Positions 21,123-33,156 of a stretch of 36,480 bases of DNA are shown in pieces (the first letter of the stretch is position 1; every line of letters starts with the position of its first letter). The stretch covers positions 1 to 36,480 of the forward strand of contig BDIP01000047.1 in NCBI GenBank assembly GCA_003568945.1, read 5' to 3'. The notes beneath the pieces are model-generated. The model was not told where the DNA came from. It was given only the letters and a program-made list of their open reading frames with translations, and did not search any database. The translations under genes were made by a program, and so were the position numbers. This DNA comes from Kipferlia bialata (lineage: Eukaryota).

Positions 21123-22626
21123 ATGAGTCGCTATACGCTGGTGGGTTGGGATTTATGTCTCAGATAAGAGTGTTATACATATGCACTCACTTTCAGCTGC
21201 ATCCTTTGCCGACTGTTGATCTAGAAGCCATCATACACTCGTATGCAGCGAGGGATACCCATACCGATGATATCGTTGGGTTTCAATTGCTCCGGTGAGT
21301 TGTGTTACTTGCCAATAATGTCCTCTTTGACTTAGACTGTTGTAGGGTCTCTCTCCTTCGGTATCCTAAGCCCAGAGTGCCAGATATTGATGCAGCAGAG
21401 GCTCTTGTGAAGCATGTGCAGTACCTGATAGACACTGTCCAGCCTACCATACTGAAGAGTGTTGTGCAGTACTATGCTGTGGGAGTAGTGGACCACACGG
21501 TCCTTGGTGGGCTTGGATCTAGTTCCAATGCCACATTTGTTTACATAGTAAAGGTATATATGTATATATGTATAATATTGTATGATGGTACTCAACATCA
21601 ACTCTCCCTTCTAATATATTCTTTCCTTACCCACAGGAGCTCCACCGGTACACCCTTGCCTGTGCTCTGAGGGCCCTCTACCCCTCGTGCCATCCTGACA
21701 CTGGGTCTCTCCCTCCTGCGTGTACCTCCCCCATCTACAGGGACGGGGCACTCACGACCTCTGCCCTTGTCCACCTCCTTGGCCTAGTGTCCCGCCCCCT
21801 CCTATCCGTGCACAGCACAGGGCAGGGGGTAGGGCATGGCTACTTCGGCCCCAGCTCCCTTGTGCTGACTGCTGGGTCGTGTGTCCTGGACTCCTGGGGC
21901 ATTGTGCCTCTGGTCACCGCTCTGTGGCACGGAAGGGGGAGGGGAGAGGGACAGAGAGACACAGCTGAGGTGCTGCGGAACGTGACCATAGGTAACCCTG
22001 CTAGAGCCGGGTGTGAGTGTCAGAGTGTGGGTGTAGGGGATGGGCAGGACGGGGTGGCAGAGGAGGAGGAGGAGTCAGAGGGGTTCGATGTGTCTGAGGC
22101 AGAGAGAGGCCTGGAGGGTGGGGATGCCCAGTCCGTGTCTCAGGCAGTGCAGGACGACACACCACACGACACCCTGCCCCACTCCTTCCCATGCACCGTC
22201 TCCCATGATCTATACAGGGTGGGGCTGCTGTTGAAGAGTCTCCTCGGGCCCACTGGGTCTGAGTACCCCCGTCCCCTAGCTGTGTCCCGCCTAGTAGACA
22301 CCCTGCTCTCTGCCGATGTCTCTGCGACATCCCAAGGTGCTGCACTCACACGGTGTGTGGAGGGTGCCTCAGGCCGGGGGTCTCTAGACAGAGAGGGGTG
22401 TGCCAGGGTGCACTCCATCCTCAGGGAGCTGGCCTCACAGGAGAGGGCACATCACAGGGCAGAGAGAGAGTTGGCAGGACAGGGAGGGGACCTGCGGCTG
22501 CGGATGATGGCTCTGGGGTCTGGGTTACCAATACCCACTGACACTGATGCAAGCAAGGGGGACGGTACAGATGAGGCCCTGTGTCTACAGGCTCTCCTAG
22601 ACTGTGACCACCTGCCCTGGTACTAG
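21123..22626 (+). CDS. Protein-kinase-fold pseudokinase, 4 exons
   Basis: Exons 21123-21140, 21197-21294, 21346-21553, 21637-22626. The spliced product reads RYTLLHPL...SYAARDTHTDDIVGFQLL...VVQYYAVG...FVYIVK|ELHRYTL...LLSVHS..VGHGYFGPSSLVL..VLDSWG..HDLYRVG, i.e. kinase subdomains in order with catalytic residues replaced. Confidence 0.65.
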
Positions 22627-22748
22627 GGGGTCTGTTTCATATAGATGTGTATCATATAGTGGAATATTACTAATGTCACCATTCTTCACGGAACACCACA
22701 CAAAAGACCTAGTTCAAAGAGGGAATATGGAGTTCCAGTCTGCAAACT

Positions 22749-25700
22749 CTATTTGCATCCTGGTACGTACTCAGCTAAGCATTGGGTATAGCTGCTGACG
22801 CTCTCGAGTTGAGTCTCCACTACTATCTGCATTAACTCGTGGTCCAAGTCCAGGTCGCCTATGGGTATCAGACGGTATACAACCTCAGTGCCACCTGACG
22901 CAGGCACACCCTCCTCTGCCTCGGACCCCTCCCCCCCTGACCCGGCTGTCTCCTGCTGCACATCATGCACCATCACTCCCACAGACAGGTCGGGGGGCTC
23001 AGCCTGGCCCCCCAGCACAGGCCGCAGTGCCTGGAAGATGGCTGTCTGCAGCAGGAGGAGGCGCATGGCACCGTACTGTGAGACGTGTCTGATGTGGGTC
23101 TTTGCATTGTCGGACAGGGCCTGCATGATGCGGAGGCCCACTAGACGGAGGAAGGGCGCCCTGACCCTAGCCGGCAGCCCCTGCCCCACCCTCAGGGCCT
23201 GCATCATGTAGAGCAGCACTCTCACCACCAGCACAGGGGTAGCAACGGACACAAGGTGGGTCGAGGACCCAACAGTGTCACTGGTGGGGTCGCTGTTGGG
23301 GAGGGGGGACCCTAGGGTGCCCCTGTCCCTCTCAGTCGGACACCCCCGCTGGATGCTGAGACGCAGCGTGGCGTTGACGTCTGTATCGTTAGAGAACCCG
23401 GTGTACACGTGCTTCATCCTCAGGATCCGCTGCTCCACCTCACCCACTATGCCCTGCGTCACAACACCCACAAGGGCTCTCAGGGTCTCATCCAGAGCAG
23501 CTGCCACTATCTTCCGCGTGGTCCCTGCCTCCTGGCATGTCACTGCTAGAGGCATCACATTCTGAAGGGGGCGGAACGGCTTGGGGCGCTGGTACTGACC
23601 AGGCCCAGAGGTGCCCCTGAGAGAGCGGTTGAGCCCCTGGCCAGTGGGTGAACTGGAGGGTGCACTGCGAGCCGACATGGAGAGACCCGAGGTGGGAGAG
23701 CCCCTAGCGTTGGGGGAAAGGGCAGCGGTGGGCAGGGAGAGCCTGAGGGGGGACATGCTGACCCCCGGCCTCACACCGCCCCTGCCGCCCTTGTCCTCAC
23801 TAGACCCCAGGGACAGACGCGGCACCTCCCCCATCAGCCTACGCTGGGCAGCGGTGGCCCGCGACTCCACTGGCGCCACCACCTTCTTAGTCTTCGATTC
23901 CCTTCCTGACCCCGACCGTGCCCCCTTTCTGCCCTGTGCGGGAGAGGGAGAGGGAGAGGCTCTGAGCAGGGCAGGGTGGGGTGCCATCCTAGCGGCCTCA
24001 GTGAGTGTGGTGTTGGCTATGCCCTGGGACATGGGCAGGCCAAAGTGGTCACCCAGCCTGGCTGCCAGCACAGGCAGGAGCAGAGTCCGGGTGGCCTCCA
24101 GGTCTGCCACAATATGGACCAGAGACTCAATCAGGGGGGTGGCCTCTGAGTCAGAGGGGGTGGATGGCCCAACTGGCATGTCCTTGGCCGTCCACCCTGA
24201 CTCCCCCAGGCCCTGCTCCCTGCTGGGTCCGGCACAGTCGGCCTGGATCACGGCCTGCTCCGGCATCAGGGGCAGGTACCGGTGCATGTCCTCGTCAGAT
24301 ACATCCCCCTCCAGGCCCTCGGGGCATGGGAAGGGGTCGAGACCCCTAGACAGGGCAACAGTGCGCCCAGCGGCATATCTCAGTGCATCCACAAACACCT
24401 TGAACAGGCCGAAGAAGAGGCGCTGTCTGTACTCCTCCCAGTGGGACAGGTCCTCCTGGGCAGCCCCCTCGGCCGCATGGGCTGACGCATCGAACGACAC
24501 GTCCCGCAGCGACCCCCCTACAGCCAGCACCACAGCAGGGAGAAGGCGAGACCCCAGGCCGAGGTCCCCCGTGCTGGCCTCTCTAGCAGCTAGGGTCTGA
24601 CCTATAGTGTCTGCACTGAAGACACTGAAGATGTCGCCATGGGTAGAGGCATCTCTGAGGCCACAGAGCGCCAGAAGGTCACGTCTCAGAAGCTGGGACG
24701 CATCCATCCGAACACTACCCGCCTCGTTCTCCCCGGCCACGTCTAGGTCGTCATAGGACTCCTCTAGCGTTGCCCCCACCCCTCCAAGCATGTATTCGTT
24801 TGGGATGTTGGTGCCTGGCACATACAGACCCCATGCATTCCTCAGCAGACGCACGGCCTCTGCCCCCAGGCCATTTGTGAATGCACAGGTGGCACTAAGC
24901 AGGGAGGCGTTGATCCCACTGCGGCCCAGCACCGTTACAGGCAGCCCAGCCTCCACTAGACGAGCCAGACTGCGGCGCATGCCCCTGACCAGACGGGACA
25001 TGCCGAGGGTGGGGGGCTCGGGGGCCATGTCCTCTGAGACAAACAGGGCGTAGATGCCTGAGGCAAGCGCCGATAGTGGTGCCGTGACCTGCTGGATCAG
25101 TCTCTCTCTCTCCCTGCCAGACTGAATCAGAGCCGACCCTCTCTCCCACAGGGTCCCTACAGCCTCTGCCGCAGCACAGACGTCGGCTGTGAGGGTGTTG
25201 AACATCTCAATGAGGGCGGCATAGTCCATGGGGGGGAGCTCACTGTTGGCAAACATCAGCTCTGAGATGTGGGTGGTGGCATACCGCACTCGGATGGGGC
25301 AGGCGTCGGGGTGGGGGGGGCCGTCCAGGTCGTCATCCGAGTCTAGGCCGTCGAGGTCATCCGGCTCACTCTCCTGTGCCCTGTGACCCCATGGGTAGTG
25401 GGAGTGCCGGGTGTCGGGGATGTGCCGGTGCCTGAGCATGGAGAGGGAGGGCGACCCCAGCCCCATCCTCGACATCTCTGCCCCCCTGGCATAGGACAGG
25501 GCCTGCAGACCGGGATCCTCCTCGGCCTCCGTCTCCATCTCTGCTATCCGTCTCAGGCACTCTGTAACATGGGCATCCCTCTTGGTAGTATATGCCGTAA
25601 ACAGGTCTGCGGCAGAGGTAGCCAGCTCGGCGCTCTCCCTCTCGACCTCCAGCCGGGCTGCAGTCCGCTCCCTCTCCCTCTGCCCCTCGTTCAGAGCATT

Positions 25701-26893
25701 GGCATTGGTTGCAGGGCTGGAGAGGCCGGGTATCGCCCCACGGTTACGGGGGAGAGAGAGAGAGAGAGAGAGACGGTGGAACTGAGACGACCCCTGTGTC
25801 TCGGCCTGACTGTATAGGGCGTCCACCTCCTTGGACACGTCCTCCACACACTCAGACAGGATCCCCTGCGACACAATGCGGAGCACCTTCCCGCTACTCG
25901 ATCCAAACTGGCCTATCTGGGAGGATGCGGCACGTACTCTGACAAAGGCAGAGAGAGACGTCCTCACAAACGCCAGGAGGCCCCTATCTGCGTCAGATGT
26001 GGCATGCTCCAGCGCATGGAACACAGAGTCCAGCTCGGACAGAGGGGTGTCGCGATACCTGCCAATCAGACAGGGGGATACTCACATCATATCTCTCTGC
26101 AGGATGCATACACTCTACATCTACGCACCTATCCGCTGTGAGCCTGGCGATCTCCTGGCCGACCCTGTATGTGCCTCTGAGGGTGACCTGCGACCCAGGG
26201 AAGAGGCCGACATAGGGCAGGACCCCATCCTTGGACACGGCCTTAGGGAGGGGGACTGCCATTGGAGACTGGGGGGCGGCACCTGTGATAATGACAGCCT
26301 TCAGAGTACCGTCACAATGGGTCAGAGCAACTCTGGAGTCACGAGGGAATACAACATATTAAGTGTATTATAGTAATAATATCTGCCAGACAGACTCTGC
26401 CTCACATACACACGTTCGAGATATCGAAAACAACCACAAAACACACCCGTCAATAGTAACACAACCAGAGATACCAGTACCAGTGGGCCTACCTGTCCCC
26501 GGGCATCAGAGTGCGACCACGAACCACACTCTTCCTCTTGTCTCTGGACCCAGGCTTCCCCCCCTCTAGCAGCTTGTATGACCCCAAGAGACCCACTGCA
26601 TCCTGCTCGGGACTGGCACCTCCTGTGACACTGGCCACTCCAATGACACCGACTGCTATGCGGCTCACTCGCTCGACATCCATCACCCAGCACACCCACT
26701 CTGTGCCACTGTCACCTGTCCCAATCATCCTCATCTCGCCACTCTCAACACCTGGCAGGCGCAATAGCGCATGGGCAATGCCTGTGGCCCCCAGATCAAG
26801 GGCAATGGACTGCTGGTCACCCACAAACTGGACGTTATTGGCATTGGAGAGTGGTCTCTTCACTAACCGCCCCAGATCCACAAACGACGCCAT
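22749..26893 (-). CDS. SEC5: Exocyst Sec5/EXOC2-like (CATCHR) protein with N-terminal SPRY-like domain, about 1304 aa, 3 exons
   Basis: Exons 26893-26493, 26332-26129, 26058-22749. N-terminus is SPRY-like (WVMDV..IAVGV..GD|RVALTHCDGTL..VLPYVGL..GSQVTL). Then RYRDTPLSELDSVFHAL...FVRTSLSAFVR (Sec5/Vps51-type N-terminal helix) and C-terminal VSQYGAMRLLL and SYTQCL. The gene model is firmer than the family call. Confidence 0.6.
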
Positions 26894-27231
26894 GTCTCGG
26901 TCCTATTTAGACAAGGACGGAGACAACTAGCTCAAGGGTCTGTCGGTATGAGATATGATTACTAGCCAGGCAGAGCCTGTATTGAGAAGGGAGTGACCTA
27001 CCGTGGTACTTTGAGTTCTTCTTTTTGTTGTGAACCCTTTTGTCATCTTGACCTGTCATAGTATTCCAGCCTCTCTTACCTAGCCTGTCCCCCCACTCCG
27101 GCCCTGTCAATAATGTCAGGGGACGGGGTGATGCAGCGAACCAAGAGTGAGATCGCAAGCTCTCCCCTTGCGCTGGAATCGCAGAACCGTGTGTCATCCT
27201 TTAGATCGTACGTGATGCTGGGTATTCTTAT

Positions 27232-30200
27232 ATGTCATATACAGGAACCTTTTCCCCGATTCACCTCAGGAAGCACTCAGCTTTACTGACGCAGAGGCGT
27301 CAAGTCCAAGAGAGGAATGAGCTTGATCGGAAGGCTAGGGGTATGTATGGCATGGTACTCTTGCATTGCCAACTTCACTGTGGTCTCTTTGGAGTGTGGG
27401 GTGCTCCTCTTGGCCAGTGCGATACTCTTGGTTGTCTCATTATTGCCTCGTCTTATCCCAGGCCTCATACCTCGGATCTCCAAGGCTGCCAGACAGCTGG
27501 AGAGAGACATCTTGAGGGTACGTTCAGCGGTCGAATTATTTCTAGGCCAATATACTTCGAGTTTCTATCCCCCCCCCCCCTTCTCTCTCTCTCCCCCACC
27601 CCCTCATATGTGATGTGGTCGGTATGCCTCATGCCAGGTTGTCCATGAGATACAGACACTGGAGGACAGGTCCGATGCTATCAAGGTGGGTGTATTTGTT
27701 GATATGTATCGTCTCCTCCGCAGTCTTCCACTGCTCCTCCCCCCCCCCGGAGTCTGTCTCTCCTCCCCCAGACCTCCTCAGAGGCCTGTATTATATAGCC
27801 TCGTGCAGTCTTGCCCTCCCCCCCCCCTTTTCCCTCTCTCTCTCTCTCTCTCTTATACCAGACCTCCTCAGAGGCTGAGCATGTCTCTGTGCAGGAGAAT
27901 CTGAAGACCGAGCGCAACATGATTCTGGTGGATGCAGACAGGCTTCGGAAGCAGCTGGCTGACCTTGAGAGCCGGGTTGAGTCCACCCAGGGTGTGCTGG
28001 ACAGTGCGAGGAGAGAGGCAGAGGCGGAGGCTGCCCAGATAGAGACGGAGCTGGCAGCACACTCTGAGAGGTCTAAGGGGCTGGTAGAGCAGGTCCAGGC
28101 GCTGCATGTAGAGGCCGAGGCCACGCAGGCTGGGGCAGAGCAGCGGGTGGCGAGTGCCATCAGAGTGGTGGAGGAGGAGGAGGCTGAGGTGGAGAGGCTG
28201 AGAGACACCATAGACTCTCTGGAGGCCAAGCTGCAGCTGGTGGGTATGCACCCCACCACCGGTTCCTCAGATGCCGGACCCACTGCCGCAGTCTCAGCCT
28301 CCAGCAGGGAGTACGACCAGCTGGTGCAGAGGAGAGACCTGCTGCAGAGGCGGCACGAGCTGGTGCTGTCGGGTGCCCCCTGTGTCACGGCCTGGCTGGA
28401 TGCATTTGGTGACGCACCCCCCTCGGGACAGGCCATGCAAGGTGGGGGCTGCATGTGTATATGTATTATATGTGTGTATATACTCTACTTCACACACACT
28501 CACGTCACAATAGCCCACCCCAGGTCCCGAAGGTGACACCCACGTCCTGCCTGCCCTGGAGGCTGTACTGCCCACTGTGCCCAGTGGCAGAGAGGGGATG
28601 GAGGCCGAGCTGGCACAGAGGAGAGAGGCCTCGGTCAGTGCAGGACAGCACCTGGAGGCTGTGAGGCAGAGGGTCACTGAGGCAAGGGTCGCTCTACAGG
28701 AGGCAGAGACCGTCCTGCAGGGTCTATCCATTGATGACACCAGACCCCAGGCTGCGGCTGATGCCCCTGCTGATAGTGCATATGCCGCAGACCTCGTGTC
28801 TCTGTTTGAGGAGGGCGATACCCAGCAGGTCAGGCGTCTGGCCGAGGTGCGGCGGATGGCGGCAGAGCTCAGGCGCAGGCGGTGTGTGACGGAGGATGCA
28901 CACACCAAGGAGACCCAGGCCATACAGGAAGAGCTGGAGACAGCACAGGCACGGTCTACCGCCCTCTCTGCTAACTGCACGTCCCTGCACGATGCGGTGT
29001 CTGAGGCAGCCCAGCAGGTGGGGGGCAAGGGGCAGGCAGAGGAGGCAGTGAGGGAGATAGACGCCAGGGTGGCTGGGGTGGAGAAGAGGATCCAGGAGCT
29101 GGGGTCACTGCAGAGGGAGGAGGAGGCAGAGGCAGAGGCAGAGGCAGAGAGGGCAGAAGAAGAGAGGGGGGCCCTCCTCGACCGACAGGATGTGATCCTG
29201 GCGCAGACCGCTGAGGAGGCCAGGGTCCTAGACGCCCTCGACAGGCACAGGCCCCGCGCCCTCTCCCCCAATGCCCCCCTCGCACACATATGCGCTACTC
29301 TACAGAGTGCGTCTGAGGCCTTTGGGGTCAGGCGTGCTGCTGTCTCCGCTGTACAGCAGTATGTGCTGGCCTCCCCCAGTGTGTATCCCAGAGGCATGCA
29401 GACCCGGCTGACTGCCCCTCTTAGGGAGGATGTCCTGGTGGCCTTGGGGGAGAGACGGGCCGAGCTGGAGGCCCTAGGGGAGGGCACAGACGCGGCACAG
29501 GGGGATGCCCATGTCATATCTCTGGTCATACCCCACCTGATGGGGTGGGAGGACACAGAGGGAGGGGCAGAGACAAAGACAATCGGTGAGTGTATACAGT
29601 GAATGTCCATATATTGTATTGCTTTTCTATTTTCATCTGTTGTGGTGTTGTGCAGCGTGTATGTCTCATGTGTCTCTCTTTACCCCAGACGAGGAGGGTG
29701 CAGCGGTCCAGGCCCAGGAGAGGCGCATCTCGGGTCTCCAGGCCTCTCTCATGAGGGAGGTGGAGCAGGCAGCGGCTGAGTATGTCTATGCAAAGACTAG
29801 CGGACCAGAGGACCCCATGATCAGAATCATATCGCCACTCAGACGGGAGCCCGGAATTCTACTCAGGTAGGAGAGCGATCACTATGCCATTGGTATCTAC
29901 ACCTCGTCGTAACTGGTCCTTCGTTAATGTCTCACTCCAGGCGGTACCAGCACCAGCACCGGCTGCTTCAGGAACTAGAGGCCACATCTGAGGCCCTGGA
30001 GGCCTTGGAGGCCAGGGTAGAGGTACTCACACACACAAATGTTACTCTAGTCTCATACCCTTCCCCCCCCCCCCTCTTTCACTGAGCAGGGCGCAGCAGC
30101 AGGGCGAGGTTGTGGCCAAGTGCCAGGCCAAGACAGCTGAGCTGAGGGACTGGCTGGTGGCAGCGGGCAAGCGCCGTCAGGCCGTGCAGAGTGCCCTGGT

Positions 30201-32795
30201 CATGTCGGGAGAGGAGGATGAGGCCCTGGTGCACTCTCTGGAGCAGAGGCGCAGTCTGAGACAGGCCGAGGAGGCCAGAGATGCCTGTCTGGTGAATGTG
30301 GCCAGGTGAGGGGGGGTGTATGCGGTATAGTACGCATCTACTGACAAGTGTCGGTCTGTATTGCTCACGCCAGGCTGACCCGGTCCCTTGCCAGTGCCCA
30401 TGACACCTTCGCCGAGTATGCCCGTGTGGTGGATGCCAGACTGGCTAGACTAGACGCAGAGGCAGCATCCATCGAGGAGGCCTGGGAGGGGAACGCAGAC
30501 ACCTCCACCCTGGCCCAGTCCCTGGGTGCCTCTATGCCTATGGGTACACAGGACTCAGAGACCGCAAGGGTCACTCCCTCGGGGGGATCACTCGCAGAGG
30601 TATCAGTGTCAGTCATCGCTGGATGCAAACTGTATCTGTGCCTCAACCCACCTCTAGTGTTCTCTATATACCCCTTACCCCAGGCCCTTGTGCAGGCAGA
30701 GGCTGAGCGTGAGAGGGCCCTGGCCCATGAGAGACAGGCCACTGTACAGGCCAGAGAGGTGGCAGAGCGGAAGCAGGCCCTGGCCGATGCCGATAGGGAG
30801 GAGGAGGAGGCCTCACAGGCAGTGGCCAAGGCGGCAGCATACGTGTGTCTGCTTGAGTGCTATCTGTTTGTTGACAAGAGAGACGAGGCCAGTGACGCCT
30901 TGGGGTCAGTGCTCGTGGCTCTGGACCAGGTATACAAAGAGTATATAGATGTATATATTGTGTGTGTTTTGTATATGACATTGTCCCCCCTGACCCCAGG
31001 CCCAGTTGAACCTGTCCAAGGCCGAGGCCGAGCAGGCTGAGCAGAGAGAGAGAGACAACACGGAGAGGAGTGCCCTGCTGGCCGACATCGAGGCTGCCCA
31101 TGCCTCTCTGGCAGAGAGGGAGAGAGAGAGAGACCATGCCCGTGGGCTGCTGCTGCAGTGCAGGGAGGATCTGGCCGAGTCTCTGCGCCAGATCTCTGCC
31201 GCTGCCCAGCCCCTACAGGCTGAGCTTGCTGCCACACAGGACACCGTGTCCAGGACCAGTGCCGCCCTGGACAGCGTCAGGGCCAGGATCGAGGGCCTTG
31301 CCAAGCACCGCGACACAGACGGAGAGGCAGACGGCAGTGCCTCCCCCGGGGGGTCTGTGTCCTCGGCCGTAAGTGGCACCCTCAGAAGACTGGCCAGGGC
31401 GAGGCACGAGACCAGCTGCAGGGTAGAGGCCCTGGAGGGGAGGGCGGCTGAGGTCACAGACAGCATCCTCAGAGACGAGGTGGGTGGAGCATGGAGGGGA
31501 AGAAGGTCCTATGGGGGCGTGATTTCACAATATTGGCACGTCTGTGTTATAATATCTCGCCCATGCCTTACCTTAGGACTCGTACCGGTCGAGACGTGCC
31601 GAGCAGAGCCACCAGGCCCTGACCCAGATGGCCAGGGTCAGGAAGAGTGGGCTCGCCAAGTGCAGGTCGTCTCTGGACGCCATCCATGAGCACCTAGAGA
31701 CCCTGGAGCGTATCAGGGATACCCTTGGGGACCCCTCGCTGTGTGTGTCTGCACCTGATGCAGACCTGATCGATAGGTATGGGAGATGGGAGATGGGAGA
31801 TAATATGGGAAAGTAGTGGGGGTATGTGTATGAATAGGGTATTGACATGATGTGGTATTGTGGTTGTGATTGATTTTTACCCGCAGGATGCAGCGTCGCC
31901 TTGACCAGATGGGTGCTGATCTCCCCAGGGCCAGGTCCATCCAGAGGGGCAGTCCCACGGCCAAGTCCGGCACAGGTCTGGAGGGGAGCAGTCCACTGTC
32001 GCCAGGGTCTCCCTCCTCCCCCGCACCCTCCTCCTCACAGCCTGTCCTGGGTCTGTGCCACGTGGCCTCTCAGGAGCTGGAGGGGCCAGTGTTGTCTGTG
32101 TCCCCACACGTCAGAGTCCCGACCCACTCTCTGTCCCTCACCCAGACCCTGTCGCACAGGGACAGTGCCAGGGCAGTCACGCCTAGCATGGCCCACAAGG
32201 GTGAGTCACTATTATACTCATATACGATGCCCCCCTCTCCCCAACCCACCCCAGGCCCTGCCCTCCGTGCCCTCTCTGCCCAGATAGCTCTGCTGCAGGG
32301 CGGCTGCCTCTTCTTCACCGCTGCCCGGTCCCCCCAGTGCCAGGTGTACCTAGATGGCATCGACAGGCCCTTGGTCCATGCCCACTCTAGGGTGGTGCGT
32401 CTCTCTTCTGACCTGTCCCGTCTGAGAATGCTGCACTCTGAGACAGGGGTGGAGACGGGGGCCATCCAGACCGTCAACATGCAGTCGGTGGAGAGGGCGA
32501 TGGCACACCCCACCCTGGCCCCAGGCTGGCTCAGGACACTCAGGGAGCCCAAGCTCATCAAGATCACACCCACACATGGTACGCGGCATTGTACTATGAC
32601 TAGTATTCCTCTGTGTGTATAGTCTAACACCCTCCCACCCCAGGCAGCCCCGTGTTCCTGATGACCACGGAGTCCCAGGCCTGTGCCCACTCGTGGTGCG
32701 TGGCCCTCCAGACCCTGGCCGCATGGTCCCAGTGCAAGCTGAGGCTCAAGCGGTGTCTGCGTCAGAGTGAAGAGCTCGACGTCGACCTCATGTAA
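27232..32795 (+). CDS. Large coiled-coil protein with C-terminal PH-like domain, about 15 exons
   Basis: ATG at 27232. About 14 GT-AG introns join E/A/Q/R-rich exons in frame (acceptor near 30090-30102 uncertain). The C-terminus LLQGGCLF..RVVRLSSDLSRL..IKITPTHG|SPVFLMT..AHSWCVALQTL fits a PH fold with the terminal-helix Trp. TAA at 32793-32795. Confidence 0.8.
27768..27875 (+). repeat. 18-bp direct repeat CCAGACCTCCTCAGAGGC spanning a splice acceptor
   Basis: Copies at 27768-27785 and 27858-27875, each preceded by a pyrimidine tract. Confidence 0.85.
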
Positions 32796-33156
32796 TCACA
32801 TTGTATTGTATTCTTAAGACTCGCTCACTAAATTGTGGCGTTTGTGTTGACTTGTAATACCTAGTCTTGATATTAGATTCACTACGACCCCTCTCTTAGA
32901 GGACATGGAAGTCTTTCCAATAGCTGATGAGTACTGCATTCTATATACCGTATAGAGTGCGAACAACCGAAAGGGACTCTAGGAACGGTGGACGGTCCGT
33001 GTGTCTACTAGGGTATCCACATACCACTTGTAACACAAGTTGTGGTGTCGGTTAACGGACAGTATTCAAGTCCTCCAAGTTGAAATCCAACACTATTCGG
33101 TCGGGTAAGAGTGATTACAGGGACGAAGTATCTATTCAATAGTCTTACATTGTAAG

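Noticed and set aside
25752..25773. (CT)n run inside the Sec5-like ORF as a hidden intron
   Set aside because: The frame stays open and the donor would be weak; it cannot be told apart from a coding microsatellite without RNA data.
28294..29610. 438-aa minus-strand ORF, and similar shadows such as 23611-24600 and 19434-20285
   Set aside because: Antisense to real GC-rich exons; the S/A/L-rich composition mirrors the opposite strand.
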